A stretch of 64,000 nucleotides of DNA from Candidatus Latescibacterota bacterium. Lineage in GTDB: Bacteria; Latescibacterota; UBA2968; UBA8231. Below the pieces are notes generated by a model. That model was not told the origin of the DNA and searched no databases. It worked only from the letters and a program-made list of their open reading frames with translations. Position numbers and translations under genes: made by a program. This document shows, piece by piece, positions 46,576 through 57,545 of the stretch (the stretch's first letter is position 1; every line of letters starts with the position of its first letter). The DNA is taken from the NCBI GenBank assembly GCA_965203175.1, contig OZ241867.1:4480001-4544000 (forward strand). Direction: 5' to 3'.

Positions 46576-47123
46576 TCTGAGGGGACGAACTCGGGCTTTA
46601 GGGCCTGATAATCCTCCCCCAAAAGGGCAAAGATATCGGCCCACCGGCGCGGGTAGGATGGATGACTGTTATTGGGCGCGAAGCCCAGCTTGAGATAGCA
46701 GCGCAGAGCCGGAATGCGGAAGTCGTCGGTCAGCAGGTATATGGGCCGAGGGCCTAGCGCCTTGGCTTGGGCCACGGCTGCACTTACGATGAACTTGCCT
46801 AGGTCGCGCCCCTGAAAGTCTGGGTGGACCGCAACCCAACCCATTTCCCAGCACGGCCGTAGTTCGCGGGTGCGGTCGTTGCAACCCGTACAGGCGACGA
46901 TCTGCCCCTCGTACTCGATAAAAAGCTGGACCCGGGTTTTTTCTAGCACGCCCTCTAGTCGCCGCCGGTCCCAACGGCCCAATTCGCCATTGGCCTGCAA
47001 TAGAGACAACCAACCCTCCTCGTCACCCGGCTGGTACGTCCGCAACCGATAGCCAGCTATTTCCGGCAAGGCCGGGGCGGCCTCGCGCCCATACCAGAGG
47101 ATAAGCTGAGGCAGGGGACTCAA
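46572..47123 (-). CDS. GNAT acetyltransferase
   Basis: VAVHPDFQGRDLG, YLKLGF. Confidence 0.85.
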   Translation of the reverse strand: MSPLPQLILWYGREAAPALPEIAGYRLRTYQPGDEEGWLSLLQANGELGRWDRRRLEGVLEKTRVQLFIEYEGQIVACTGCNDRTRELRPCWEMGWVAVHPDFQGRDLGKFIVSAAVAQAKALGPRPIYLLTDDFRIPALRCYLKLGFAPNNSHPSYPRRWADIFALLGEDYQALKPEFVPSD

Positions 47124-47536
47124 GTCCGGCCTTCCTGACGCCGGAAGATGGACGACTTAAACTGCTCGGGGCAATGGGGTTGGAGCACGACTATTTCGCA
47201 GTGGGGGAAGGCCTCGGCCAAGCCCGCTGGCCTCCGTTGGTCATAGCCGAGGGCAATAATGTTAGGTGAGACCTCGCCGACGATGCGCAAAAAGTTACAG
47301 CCCTCGTGGCCGAGGCGGACCTCGATGACCTCGGGCAGTTCCTCCAGCGCAGCTTTGCGTTCCTCTTGGGATTGGTCGGGATAGTGTCCCTTGATGCGCC
47401 GGACGTTCTCGTCGCGGGCGACTACGACGAACAGTTCATCGCCCAGCGCAGCCGCCTGCGCGATAAAGGAGCGGTGACCTGGGTGCAGATAATCAAAAGT
47501 GCCGCAGCACAATACGCGAGTTTTATTCATTGGCAC
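47120..47536 (-). CDS. cytidylyltransferase-fold protein, RibL-like FAD synthase candidate
   Basis: GTFDYLHPGH, VVVARD, IALGYDQ. Confidence 0.75.
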   Translation of the reverse strand: MPMNKTRVLCCGTFDYLHPGHRSFIAQAAALGDELFVVVARDENVRRIKGHYPDQSQEERKAALEELPEVIEVRLGHEGCNFLRIVGEVSPNIIALGYDQRRPAGLAEAFPHCEIVVLQPHCPEQFKSSIFRRQEGRT

Positions 47537-48035
47537 GCCGGTCTATCCAATACTCGACACCGCGGTCCTTGGCAAAAATGCGGCCAAAGCGGTTAGCGTC
47601 GGCGCGGTCGGCGAAATAGCCGATCCGCACCCGCACGCCGGCACCGCTCTGTACGCTATAAGCCGGATAGCCTTCGCTCTTCAATTCAAGCACCTTCTGA
47701 TCGGCGCGTTTCGCGTCCCGAAAGACGCCGACTTGAATGGTAAATTCGCCGTCGGGATCAAAAAATACGGGGCTAGCGTCGCCGGGATCGCCAGTATCGT
47801 CTGCATCGCTAGCATTACTGGCATCCCCGGCGTCGCTAGCGTCACTGGCATCGCTGCTGGCACCAGCTGGTACGGACACAGAGTCGGTCGGCGTTAAAAT
47901 GACTATTTCGCTACGGCCAGCGGGTTCGGATTCGGGGGCCTGTTCGTCTTTGCGGACATCGCTGTCGGCGCAGCCCCCGATCCAGAGGACTGTCCAAGCG
48001 AGCATCCATAGCCTATTGAGGTTCGCCGTACTCAA
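47523..48035 (-). CDS. SPOR-domain lipoprotein
   Basis: Lipobox IGGC, ASD-repeat linker, FTIQVGVF...RVRIGYF. Confidence 0.8.
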   Translation of the reverse strand: MSTANLNRLWMLAWTVLWIGGCADSDVRKDEQAPESEPAGRSEIVILTPTDSVSVPAGASSDASDASDAGDASNASDADDTGDPGDASPVFFDPDGEFTIQVGVFRDAKRADQKVLELKSEGYPAYSVQSGAGVRVRIGYFADRADANRFGRIFAKDRGVEYWIDRRANE

Positions 48036-49324
48036 TGCACAGCCTTAAGTGCGTCAAAGTGAATGCGGAGGGTTTCTTCTATATCTCCTTCCCCATGAGC
48101 GAGCGAGGGAAACATACATTCGTATTGGGAAGGTGCCAGATAGAGGCCCCGTTCTAGGCAAGCCCAGAAATAGCGCTTAAAGCGCTCTAAATCGACCGTT
48201 CCGACGCTGGCAAAATCCACCACCGGGTGCGAAGTAAAAAACATGCAGAGCATGGCGCCGACTCGGTTCAGTGCGTAGTTCAAGCCCAGTTTTTGCAGGT
48301 TGTTGGCCATGCCAGCCGCCAAGTCGGCGCAGCGACTCTCCAGCGTTTCGTAGATCTCGGGTTCGGATAGCATGTTCAATTGCTCCAAGCCCGCGGCCAT
48401 GGCGAGGGGATTGCCCGATAAGGTGCCAGCCTGTGAGACCTTTATGCCCAATGGCGACACGTTTTCCATGATCTCTCGTTTGCCGCCGTACGCGGCAGCT
48501 GGCAAGCCTCCTCCGACGATCTTGCCCAAACACGTCAGGTCGGGCATCACGCCATAGCGCTCTTGCGCCCCACCCGGACCGACGCGGAACCCCGTAATGA
48601 CCTCGTCGAAAATGAGGACGATCTCCTCTTCGTCTGCTATCTGGCGCAGTGCGGGGAGAAACCCTTCGCGCGGAGGCACGGTACCCATATTACCAGCCAC
48701 CGGCTCGACGATAATGGCGGCGATCTGGCCGCTGTTTCCCCGCGCGGCCGCGCGCACCGCATCCGCGTCGTTGTACGGCAGCGTCAAGGTTGAATCAACT
48801 ACGCTTTGCGGCACGCCCGGGCTCGTGGGAACCCCCAAGGTCAGGGCCGAAGACCCGGCCTCGCTCAAGAAGCCGTCCCCATGCCCGTGCCAGCAGCCTT
48901 CGAATTTGGCGATTTTGTCCCTGCCGGTATGGCCGCGAGCCAAGCGCACCGCCGCCATCGTGGCCTCGGTCCCCGAACTCACCATCCGCACCATCTCGAT
49001 AGAGGGCACCATCTCCACAATGCGCTCGGCCAGCGCGATTTCCAACTCGGTAGGGGCACCGAAACTGGTTCCCTTCGCACTGACTTCCTGCACGGCCTGT
49101 ACGACGCGGGGATGGGCATGGCCGAAAATGAGCGGCCCCCAAGAGCACACGTAGTCGATGTATTCGCGGCCATCGACATCAAAAATACGCGAACCAGCCC
49201 CCCGCTCGATAAAGAGAGGACCACCGCCCACTGCGCCAAAAGCCCGGGCTGGGCTATTCACGCCTCCGGGAATGACTTGCTGCGCTTGGGCGAAAGCCCT
49301 AGCCGAATTCGTTTCCATATGCAT
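48032..49324 (-). CDS. hemL: glutamate-1-semialdehyde 2,1-aminomutase
   Basis: PGGVNSP, SWGP, SGTEATM, FDEVITGFR, LGKIVGGG, AGTLSGNP. Confidence 0.96.
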   Translation of the reverse strand: MHMETNSARAFAQAQQVIPGGVNSPARAFGAVGGGPLFIERGAGSRIFDVDGREYIDYVCSWGPLIFGHAHPRVVQAVQEVSAKGTSFGAPTELEIALAERIVEMVPSIEMVRMVSSGTEATMAAVRLARGHTGRDKIAKFEGCWHGHGDGFLSEAGSSALTLGVPTSPGVPQSVVDSTLTLPYNDADAVRAAARGNSGQIAAIIVEPVAGNMGTVPPREGFLPALRQIADEEEIVLIFDEVITGFRVGPGGAQERYGVMPDLTCLGKIVGGGLPAAAYGGKREIMENVSPLGIKVSQAGTLSGNPLAMAAGLEQLNMLSEPEIYETLESRCADLAAGMANNLQKLGLNYALNRVGAMLCMFFTSHPVVDFASVGTVDLERFKRYFWACLERGLYLAPSQYECMFPSLAHGEGDIEETLRIHFDALKAVH

Positions 49325-49355
49325 CTTTCTAAATAACGCCTAGATTTTCGCTATA

Positions 49356-50324
49356 TCAAGGGTCGAGCAGCCTCTCGAGAACGACCAGCCGATAGGCTCG
49401 CCCGCGCTCGGGCAAGCTCAAGTCGGCCAAGACGGCCAGTGGATACACTCCAATCTCCAGATAGCCGAGGAGAAGCTCCAAATCCGCCACTTGGATAGCG
49501 GCCACCCCACCTGAGCGCAAGACGCGCGCTAGCTCAGCTAGCAGCGCGGCGCAATCGCCCGCAGCAAAGCCAAACGCATAGTCGATGCAGTCCTCTACCA
49601 AGGGCAGACGATCCAGATCTGCGATTACGCCAACCGGCCCATGCCCGCTCCCTGAGGACCGAATTCCAACTAGGACGCTCGGCTGGAAGAGCTCCTGCAA
49701 GGCGACTAGCTCGCTTGAGTCTCGGCGCGCCCACAGGACGCATGCCCCCGACTGCATGGCCACCAAGCGGGCCAAGCAATACGCCACAGCCGCATTAGGT
49801 GCAGTGCCCACCCCTAGCCGCAACCCCAACAGGGCGCGCCGCCTAGTCAGTTGCAAGTGTAGTCGCAGCAGATGCGGCCCTTTGCCTAGACGCAATCCGT
49901 GCTGATCGCGCAAAACCGCTGCCACGGCTGCGGTTAGCTCGGCTGAACTGAACCGATACCGGCCCTGCAGCGTCGCGCTCAGAGCAAAAGCATCGGTGTC
50001 TATCTCAGTGGATTGGGCCTGCGCGAGGCTTTTGACTGGCGTCAGATCGCAACGAGCGATGCGCTTGCAGATGTATTCAAGACCCGGTCGGCCCACTGTA
50101 ACGCCGTGCATCTGGCTGATTAGACCGGAACAGTGCATGGCCGAGCACAATTGTAGCAGCCGTCCCGGGCTGCGCTTGTACGTGAAGAAAATCTGGCCTA
50201 CGCGCCCACCCGGTTCGACTTCGACCTGCTGTACCTCGGGCGCATACTCGCGCAACTCGTCGAGTGCCACCGCCTCCAACCCGCTCGGCACCGCGATCCA
50301 ATAGCGATAGATCTTGTCGGCCAT
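49356..50324 (-). CDS. hypothetical protein, THUMP/methyltransferase-like (degenerate)
   Basis: GLEAVALDEL N-terminus; ADLDRLPL...ELARVLRSGG SAM-MTase-like tail. Confidence 0.5.
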   Translation of the reverse strand: MADKIYRYWIAVPSGLEAVALDELREYAPEVQQVEVEPGGRVGQIFFTYKRSPGRLLQLCSAMHCSGLISQMHGVTVGRPGLEYICKRIARCDLTPVKSLAQAQSTEIDTDAFALSATLQGRYRFSSAELTAAVAAVLRDQHGLRLGKGPHLLRLHLQLTRRRALLGLRLGVGTAPNAAVAYCLARLVAMQSGACVLWARRDSSELVALQELFQPSVLVGIRSSGSGHGPVGVIADLDRLPLVEDCIDYAFGFAAGDCAALLAELARVLRSGGVAAIQVADLELLLGYLEIGVYPLAVLADLSLPERGRAYRLVVLERLLDP

Positions 50325-51637
50325 TACTCAGCGCGTCCAGTGGGCACAAGCGGCCCCAATACTGAGGCTGGACTGCACTGCATCGCGCTCAGGTGCGCTG
50401 GCGACAAGCAGCTATCCAGTACCTCAATGATATCGCCGACCGCGACCTGCTCGTGTACGTCAAAATAGACGCTGGGGAGAGCCCCGCTGGCTGCGGCCGA
50501 GCAGAGCATATCGGCCACGTCCTCAGTTTGCTCCCACGCGCGCAGCAGCAGGCCGTAAGCTTTGCGCTTGGCGCGGCCCAAATCCGCGGAGACAATGCAC
50601 TCATCAAGGCTGGCCAAGGCGGTGCTTATTTCCTCGCGCAACCGCTCGCTCTGTTGGGTATATCCGCCCACTGTGCAAAAGCAGAACGTCGGCTCGGCAT
50701 AAACCTCGGCTCCAAAGGCATCGCCATCTATCAGACCATCTTCGTAGTGCGCGGCAAAAAAATTGCTCGCCGGCCCCAAGGCGATGTCTAAGGCCAATTC
50801 TAAGGCCAACTCCCGCAAGAGCAAATCGCGGCCCGATTGGCCCGCCTTATCGTCGCCGAAAAACAGCAAGGTATAGGGTCGGCTGACCGGGAGTGCCAAG
50901 TCCCCAAGGGGCTGCGGAGCTGGCAAAACCACCGGTCGCTCCACGCGGTTCCATGCGGAGCGCGGTCGGCTGTGCTTTAGCAAGTTGGACTCGACTGCCG
51001 CGCAAGTATCCTCTACGTCGAAATCTCCGCACAGATACAGCCCCATGTATTCGGGCTGGTAAAAGACTTCGTGACAGCGAGTTAGCGCAGCCACATCGAT
51101 CTGCCCGATGCTCTCCCTCGTGCCGGCCATGTCCCACGCCAAGGGGACATCCCTGTACAGTGCCTTGAGGCCGTGTAAAAATCCGATCCACTCCGGGTCG
51201 TCGCAGCTTATCTGTAACTCGTGGTCGATGATTTCGCGCTCTTGAGCGACACCGTCTGGCAGGACGTGCAGGTCCAACGCGAGTTCAAAGAGCAACGCTA
51301 AATGGTCGGCAAAATGCTCAATGCACGTCAGAGAAAAAACGGTTGAAGTAAAACTGGTGCTGGCGTTTACGTCGCCGCCGAGGCGGTTGATTTGCTCAGT
51401 GATGTCGCCGTAGGGTTTGGCAAAAAGGCGGTGTTCGAGAAAGTGCGCCGTACCAGCAGGCGTCGTCTGCACCTTTCCAGAGTCACGGGCACGCAGATGC
51501 AGATCAACCGAGCCGTAGTCTATGTACAGCACGGCCGCTTTTTGCCGACTACCTAGCCGCGGTACTGCCCATACATCGAGGCCACATCCTAAGCGGTTGT
51601 GGTGTACAACTTCCCCCAATAGCGCATCCGCGATCAC
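50324..51637 (-). CDS. M16 family peptidase, catalytic subunit (YmfH-like)
   Basis: GTAHFLEHRLF (HxxEH), NASTS, IIDHE, FYQP; GTG start. Confidence 0.88.
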   Translation of the reverse strand: MIADALLGEVVHHNRLGCGLDVWAVPRLGSRQKAAVLYIDYGSVDLHLRARDSGKVQTTPAGTAHFLEHRLFAKPYGDITEQINRLGGDVNASTSFTSTVFSLTCIEHFADHLALLFELALDLHVLPDGVAQEREIIDHELQISCDDPEWIGFLHGLKALYRDVPLAWDMAGTRESIGQIDVAALTRCHEVFYQPEYMGLYLCGDFDVEDTCAAVESNLLKHSRPRSAWNRVERPVVLPAPQPLGDLALPVSRPYTLLFFGDDKAGQSGRDLLLRELALELALDIALGPASNFFAAHYEDGLIDGDAFGAEVYAEPTFCFCTVGGYTQQSERLREEISTALASLDECIVSADLGRAKRKAYGLLLRAWEQTEDVADMLCSAAASGALPSVYFDVHEQVAVGDIIEVLDSCLSPAHLSAMQCSPASVLGPLVPTGRAE

Positions 51638-51641
51638 GTTC

Positions 51642-52913
51642 TTACGTCCCGTGCAATAGAAAAGCCGTGTCCGCTGCGATGCCATCGGCCACGTGGGCTA
51701 GCTCTTCGACGCCGACTTGCTCAATGAGCTGCCACAGCGCTTGTGGGGACTGGCTACCCCCTGTCAGACCTTCCCGCAATTGATAGCGAAAAAAGCCCTC
51801 ACGGTCTTCGGCTAGCCCCAACAGCCGCGCTTTGAGCAGGTGCCGAGCCACTTCAATCTCCTGGGGATCAACAACCCCAGAGCGCAGCGCTTGGAGCTCT
51901 TGTTCCACCTTATCCCGAACCTCGGAGTACGCAGCGGCTTCAATGCCCGCGGCCACAAAGAGTAGCCCGCTCAATGCCTCGATATGCGATGCAATGTAGT
52001 AGCACAAACCCTCTTCTTCGCGGAGGTGTTTGAACAGCCGCGATGGACCGTCGCCGCCGAGCATCAGGTTCAGGAGAACCAAAGCCGGATAGTCGTCGGT
52101 GCCGTCCGTACCATAAGCAACTTGGGTGCGATAGCCCAACACCATTTTTGCCTCTCGCACCTCTTGACATTCAAAAATCTCACGCTGCGAACCAGCAATG
52201 CTCAGGCGTGGCGGCTGGCGCTGGGGTTGGCTCGACGCACGCTCCCAAGTAAAAAGAGACTCCATCAAGGGCTGAATCTGCTCCAAGCGCAGATCGCCGC
52301 TTACGAAAAGATCTAGGCGATCAACAGCCGTCCGCTCGCGGTGGAAAGCCCACAACTCGGCGGCTTGCACGGCGGCAAAGTCTGCGGGGTTGCCCAGCGG
52401 CGACAGGCCCATGGGTTCGCCCCGGCACATCTCTTCGCTGCACCGCCTTTGTGCGTAGCCTAGTTTGTCGTTGAAGCCATCGGTGATTTGCCGCGCGAGG
52501 CGGTGTTTTTCTCGCTCTAGATAATCGGGCTGGAACCCGCTGCCATCGCGGAGGACATCGCGCAGAAAAGTCAACCCTCGCGCCAGTATACCCTTCTCCC
52601 CAAGGAAGTTATCATCTATAACCTCCAGACATAAATGAACAAACTGATACTCTCCTAAGCGATCGACTTGCACCGAGTAATGCGCTCCGTAGAGATCGTC
52701 GATGAAGCGGTTGAGGCCCTGGATATTGGGCAGCTTGTGCGTACCCCGTGCCAACAGTTGGCCGCTCAGAGCCACGAGCGAATGTCTCGGCGCACACAGC
52801 GGCGTGCTCAGACACACATCCACCCGGATCGTCTTGTATAGCCCAATGCTATGCAGATGTAAATAGACGCCGTCCGCAAGTTGGACGAGGGTGAGTTCGC
52901 CTGCGGTGTGCAT
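51642..52913 (-). CDS. M16 family peptidase, non-catalytic subunit (YmfF-like)
   Basis: YKT, DDLYGA, LGGDGPSRLFKHLREEEGLCYY; no HxxEH; paired with YmfH-like gene. Confidence 0.85.
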   Translation of the reverse strand: MHTAGELTLVQLADGVYLHLHSIGLYKTIRVDVCLSTPLCAPRHSLVALSGQLLARGTHKLPNIQGLNRFIDDLYGAHYSVQVDRLGEYQFVHLCLEVIDDNFLGEKGILARGLTFLRDVLRDGSGFQPDYLEREKHRLARQITDGFNDKLGYAQRRCSEEMCRGEPMGLSPLGNPADFAAVQAAELWAFHRERTAVDRLDLFVSGDLRLEQIQPLMESLFTWERASSQPQRQPPRLSIAGSQREIFECQEVREAKMVLGYRTQVAYGTDGTDDYPALVLLNLMLGGDGPSRLFKHLREEEGLCYYIASHIEALSGLLFVAAGIEAAAYSEVRDKVEQELQALRSGVVDPQEIEVARHLLKARLLGLAEDREGFFRYQLREGLTGGSQSPQALWQLIEQVGVEELAHVADGIAADTAFLLHGT

Positions 52914-52953
52914 TGGCGCGTAGTATCCTTCTTGGTTTAGTTTGGCAAGCCGC

Positions 52954-53706
52954 ATGAATCCTCTCGACAACATCCGCGTCGTGCTCGTCGAGCCGGCGAC
53001 GCCCGGCAATATCGGCGCTACGGCTCGCGTGCTCAAAACCACGGGTATAAGCCAGTTGGCCTTGGTCAATCCCGGAGCATGGGACACGCCGGAAGCGCGT
53101 GCCTTTGCCCACGGCGCGGGCGATATTCTCGATGGCAGCCAGGTTTTTCCCAGCCTAGCCGCGGCCGTAGCCGATTGCCACATCGTCGTCGGCACGACCC
53201 ATCGACAGGGCCGCTTCCGCGCGGTTACTTCCGCGCCACAATCCCTGATTGCCCAACTAGCCTCCCAAATACATCACCGCCGAATCGCCCTTGTATTCGG
53301 ACGCGAAAGGGACGGCTTGTGGCATGAGGAACTCGCGCTCTGTCATCAGGTGCTGAGGTTCCCTACAGCCGTGGCTTATCCTTCCCTCAACCTCTCTCAC
53401 GCCGTGCTCCTGTTCACTTATGGCCTGTATGCGGCCGCGAGCGAAAAACCACCGGATCCGCCCGTGCAACTGGCTACGGCTGGCGAACGCGAGCGAATGT
53501 TCGCTCAGATCCTGCAAGCCCTTGCCGAGATAGAGTTTACCCCGTACAACAACAAGCCGGAGCACTTCGGTCGAGTGCTGCGCCGCTTCTTCAACAAGGT
53601 CGATTTGGAAGTTCGCGATGTGCGGGCGATTCAGACGATATGCGGCCAGATCCGCAAGTTCAGCCACCGCTATCGCCGCAGTGCCGGGCGCACTGGGGCC
53701 GACTGA
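52954..53706 (+). CDS. trmJ: TrmJ/LasT family SPOUT RNA methyltransferase
   Basis: [27 protein letters not shown]. Confidence 0.88.
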   Translation: MNPLDNIRVVLVEPATPGNIGATARVLKTTGISQLALVNPGAWDTPEARAFAHGAGDILDGSQVFPSLAAAVADCHIVVGTTHRQGRFRAVTSAPQSLIAQLASQIHHRRIALVFGRERDGLWHEELALCHQVLRFPTAVAYPSLNLSHAVLLFTYGLYAAASEKPPDPPVQLATAGERERMFAQILQALAEIEFTPYNNKPEHFGRVLRRFFNKVDLEVRDVRAIQTICGQIRKFSHRYRRSAGRTGAD

Positions 53707-54668
53707 TGGGCCACCTGTTCCAAGTCCCAGTCAACCATCTGCTGGACCATTTCCTCAAAGCCGACCTCGGGCTCCCAACCGAGTTTTTCCCGCGCCTTAG
53801 TCGCATCGCCCAACAGGGTATACACCTCTGCGGGGCGCAAAAAACGCTCATCCAGGACCACGTATTGCCGCCAGTCCAAGCCGGCGTGGGCAAAGGCAAC
53901 CTCGCAGAATTCGCCAATGGTGCGGGAGGAACCCGTGGCGATGACGTAATCGTCGGGTTCGTCCTGCTGGAGCATCATCCACATTGCGCGGACAAAGTCG
54001 CCCGCATAGCCCCAATCGCGGCGAGGAGCTAGGTCGCCAAGACGCAGCTCTTGGTCCAGCCCGCATTTGATGCGGGCTACGCCATGCGTGATTTTGCGGG
54101 TGACGAATTCGCGCCCACGGCGCGGCGACTCGTGATTGAAGAGAATGCCCGTGCAGGCGAACAGACCGTAGCTTTCGCGATAGTTGATGGTGATCCAATG
54201 TGCGTAGAGCTTGGACACCCCGTAGGGCGAACGCGGATAGAAAGCCGTTTGCTCGTTCTGCGGCGATTCCTGTGCGTTGCCGAATAGCTCGCTGGTGCTG
54301 GCTTGGTAAAAGCGGATGTTCTCGTCGCAGGCGCGGATGGCTTCAAGCAGCCGCGTCACGCCCAAGCCGGTGATCTCGCCGGTCAACATGGGCTGTTCCC
54401 AAGAGACCGGTATAAAGGACTGGGCACCTAGATTGTACACCTCCTGCGGCCGTGCGGTTTGCAGCGCCGAAATCAATGACTTCTGGTCTAACAGATCGCC
54501 GGAGATCAACTCGATTTTGTCCTGCAAGTGGCCGATCCGCTCGAAATTGACCGTGCTACTACGGCGCACCAGCCCGAAGACCTCATAGCCCTTTTCCAGC
54601 AGCAATTCGGCTAAGTACGAACCGTCTTGGCCGGTAATTCCAGTGATTAGGGCGCGCTTTGGGCTCAT
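53670..54668 (-). CDS. gmd: GDP-mannose 4,6-dehydratase
   Basis: [40 protein letters not shown]. Confidence 0.96.
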   Translation of the reverse strand: MSPKRALITGITGQDGSYLAELLLEKGYEVFGLVRRSSTVNFERIGHLQDKIELISGDLLDQKSLISALQTARPQEVYNLGAQSFIPVSWEQPMLTGEITGLGVTRLLEAIRACDENIRFYQASTSELFGNAQESPQNEQTAFYPRSPYGVSKLYAHWITINYRESYGLFACTGILFNHESPRRGREFVTRKITHGVARIKCGLDQELRLGDLAPRRDWGYAGDFVRAMWMMLQQDEPDDYVIATGSSRTIGEFCEVAFAHAGLDWRQYVVLDERFLRPAEVYTLLGDATKAREKLGWEPEVGFEEMVQQMVDWDLEQVAHQSAPVRPALRR

Positions 54669-54669
54669 T

Positions 54670-57522
54670 TCATTCCTCTTGTGAATACGTTTCTATAGGC
54701 GGACAGGAACAGATCAAGTTGCGATCGCCCTGCGCGTCGTTCAGTCGCCCTACGGCCGGCCAAAATTTGCGCTCCAATAGCCAAGGAGCCGGCAGGGCGG
54801 CGACAGTTCTAGAATAGGGCCGATCCCACTCGTCGGCCAGCACGACATCCACAGGGTGCGGCGCGTGGACGAGCGGGTTGTTGGTGGGGTCCATCTCTCC
54901 GACAGCTACTTGTCGGATTTCTTCGCCAATGGCGATCATGGCCTCGCAAAACCGGTCCAACTCGGCCTTGGATTCGCTCTCAGTAGGTTCGACCATCAGG
55001 GTTCCGACGACCGGGAAGGATACCGTAGGTGCGTGGAACCCATAGTCCATCAATCGCTTGGCTACGTCTTCTACGCCAATGCCGTGCTCCCGCGCCCAGC
55101 GCAAGTCGAGGATACACTCGTGGGCCACGCGCTCATTGTGCCCTTTGTATAGCACGGGAAAGGAATCGGCGAGGCGAGTGCTCAGATAATTGGCATTGAG
55201 AATCGCCACCTTCGTCGCCTCGGTGAGGCCCGCACCGCCCATCAGCCGCAAGTACGCCCAAGATATGAGCAGAATCGAGGCACTGCCCCACGGAGCGGCC
55301 GCAATGGGGCCGATCGACTCAGCCCCGCCAGTATAGATGAGGGGGTGCGAGGGCAAGAACTCCACTAAGTGCTCGGCCACGGCAATGGGCCCCATCCCCG
55401 GGCCGCCCCCGCCGTGGGGAATGCAGAAGGTCTTGTGCAAATTCAAATGACACACGTCAATGCCGATTTCCCCGGGCCGGCACAATCCCACCAAGGCATT
55501 CATATTGGCACCGTCCATATAGACCTGGCCGCCTGCTTGGTGGACAACCGCGCAGATTTCGCCAATGGCCTCTTCAAACACCCCGTGGGTCGAGGGGTAC
55601 GTCACCATTAAGGCCGCCAGCCGCTCGCGATGTGCGTCGGCTTTCGCCCGCAGGTCCGCCAAGTCGATATTGCCCTCGGCGTCACAGGCGACGACGACCA
55701 CGTCCAAGCCGGCCATAGCCGCGCTAGCTGGATTTGTTCCATGAGCCGAGGCCGGAATGAGGCAGACGTTCCGCTGGACCTCCCCGCACATCCGGTGGTA
55801 TTTGCGCACGATGAGTAGGCCAGCGTACTCGCCCTGCGAACCCGCGTTGGGTTGCAGCGAAATGCCCTTGAGGCCGGTGATTTCGCGCAGCATGTTCTCC
55901 ATTTCGGCAAAAACTGCCGCGTACCCTTGGGCTTGCTCTACGGGTGCAAATGGATGCAGCCCAGCGAACTCGGGCCAAGTAATCGCCATCATTTCTGCAG
56001 TCGCATTAAGCTTCATAGTACACGAGCCGAGGGGAATCATCGCGTGGACCAAGGACAGGTCCTTGGCTTCGAGCCGGCGCATGTAGCGCATCATTTCGGT
56101 CTCGGAGTGATGCGTAGCAAAGACGGGATGCTCCATGAAGCGCGAATGGCGGACGTGATCAGGCCTCCAAGCAGGCCCTTCACCGACTTCGGTGGGCAAC
56201 TTGCCACCCAGCAAGGTGAGGATGGCTTGCAAATCTTCCTTGTGGGTTGTTTCGTCGAGGGCAATGCCCCAATGCCCGTCCCCCAGATCGCGGAAGTTCA
56301 TCCCCTCGGCCCGCGCCTGCACCAACAACTCGTCTCCCCGCGCTCCCACTTCAACGCGTAGCACGTCGAAATACTGGTCGTGGACGACTCGGTAACCAGC
56401 TTCCTCCAACCCTCGGGCGAGCACCTGTGCCTGGAGGTGTATGCGGTGAGCCATGCGCTGCAAGCCGTCCGGCCCGTGATAGACCGCGTACATGCTCGCC
56501 ACCACGGCTGGCAAAACCTCGGCCGTGCAGATGTTACTCGTAGCCCGTTCTCGTTTGATGTGCTGTTCGCGGGTTTGCAAGGCCATGCGCAGGGCAGGCT
56601 GGCCGCGGACATCCTCAGAGACGCCAATGATACGCCCAGGCACCTGCCGCTGGAACTCGGGCCGCGTCGCCAAAAAGGCTGCGTGCGGACCGCCGTATCC
56701 CATCGGCATGCCAAAGCGCTGCGCGCTCCCAATGGCCGCATCGGCTCCAAACTCCCCAGGAGGTCGCAGCAAACACAGAGCGAGCAAATCAACCGCCACA
56801 CACACCAGAGTCTGATGGGCGTGAGCTTGAGCACAGAACTCAGCGTAGTCGTGTAGAGCGCCGTCTGAGGCTGGGTACTGGAGCAGAGCGGCGAAGGCCC
56901 CGGACGCAAAATCCCATTTTCGATGATCGCCCACTACGACCTCCCACCCACGAGATTCGGCCCGGACCTTGACCACCTCTATGGTTTGCGGGTGGCAAGC
57001 CGACGAGACAAAGACGCGCTGGCTCGCGTTTTTCTTTTGCACCGCCCGTAGCATCGCGATGGCTTCAGCTGCGGCCGTGGCTTCGTCCAACAGGGAGGCA
57101 TTGGCCAGGGCAAAACCAGTCAAGTCGCCGACCATAGTTTGGAAGTTGAGCAGGGCCTCTAGCCGCCCTTGGGCGATTTCTGACTGGTAGGGCGTGTACT
57201 GGGTGTACCAGCCTGGATTCTCCAAGATGTTGCGCTGGATCACTGGAGGGATTATGCAATCCGAGTAGCCCATGCCGATAAAACTGCGGTGTATGCGATT
57301 CTGGCCGGCTAATTCGCGCAACCTACTCATCAGCTCGTACTCACTGATGCCTTTTCCTAGCGCTAAGGGATCTTGCATCCGAATCGCTGCCGGCAGGGAC
57401 TCGGCCATGAGATCGTCCAAGCTGTCAGCTCCCACAGCCGCGAGCATGGCGGCTACATCTGCCGCCGCAGGGCCGATATGCCGGCGGACAAAAGCATCGC
57501 TAGGTCCAAATTCGTCGCCCAT
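54670..57522 (-). CDS. gcvP: glycine dehydrogenase (decarboxylating) P protein
   Basis: [37 protein letters not shown]. Confidence 0.97.
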   Translation of the reverse strand: MGDEFGPSDAFVRRHIGPAAADVAAMLAAVGADSLDDLMAESLPAAIRMQDPLALGKGISEYELMSRLRELAGQNRIHRSFIGMGYSDCIIPPVIQRNILENPGWYTQYTPYQSEIAQGRLEALLNFQTMVGDLTGFALANASLLDEATAAAEAIAMLRAVQKKNASQRVFVSSACHPQTIEVVKVRAESRGWEVVVGDHRKWDFASGAFAALLQYPASDGALHDYAEFCAQAHAHQTLVCVAVDLLALCLLRPPGEFGADAAIGSAQRFGMPMGYGGPHAAFLATRPEFQRQVPGRIIGVSEDVRGQPALRMALQTREQHIKRERATSNICTAEVLPAVVASMYAVYHGPDGLQRMAHRIHLQAQVLARGLEEAGYRVVHDQYFDVLRVEVGARGDELLVQARAEGMNFRDLGDGHWGIALDETTHKEDLQAILTLLGGKLPTEVGEGPAWRPDHVRHSRFMEHPVFATHHSETEMMRYMRRLEAKDLSLVHAMIPLGSCTMKLNATAEMMAITWPEFAGLHPFAPVEQAQGYAAVFAEMENMLREITGLKGISLQPNAGSQGEYAGLLIVRKYHRMCGEVQRNVCLIPASAHGTNPASAAMAGLDVVVVACDAEGNIDLADLRAKADAHRERLAALMVTYPSTHGVFEEAIGEICAVVHQAGGQVYMDGANMNALVGLCRPGEIGIDVCHLNLHKTFCIPHGGGGPGMGPIAVAEHLVEFLPSHPLIYTGGAESIGPIAAAPWGSASILLISWAYLRLMGGAGLTEATKVAILNANYLSTRLADSFPVLYKGHNERVAHECILDLRWAREHGIGVEDVAKRLMDYGFHAPTVSFPVVGTLMVEPTESESKAELDRFCEAMIAIGEEIRQVAVGEMDPTNNPLVHAPHPVDVVLADEWDRPYSRTVAALPAPWLLERKFWPAVGRLNDAQGDRNLICSCPPIETYSQEE

Positions 57523-57545
57523 GCGACCTCCGTTGCATAAGACTT

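Noticed and set aside
51642-53195. 517-aa version of the M16 ORF
   Set aside because: The N-terminal extension is antisense to trmJ; ATG 52913 fits the family length
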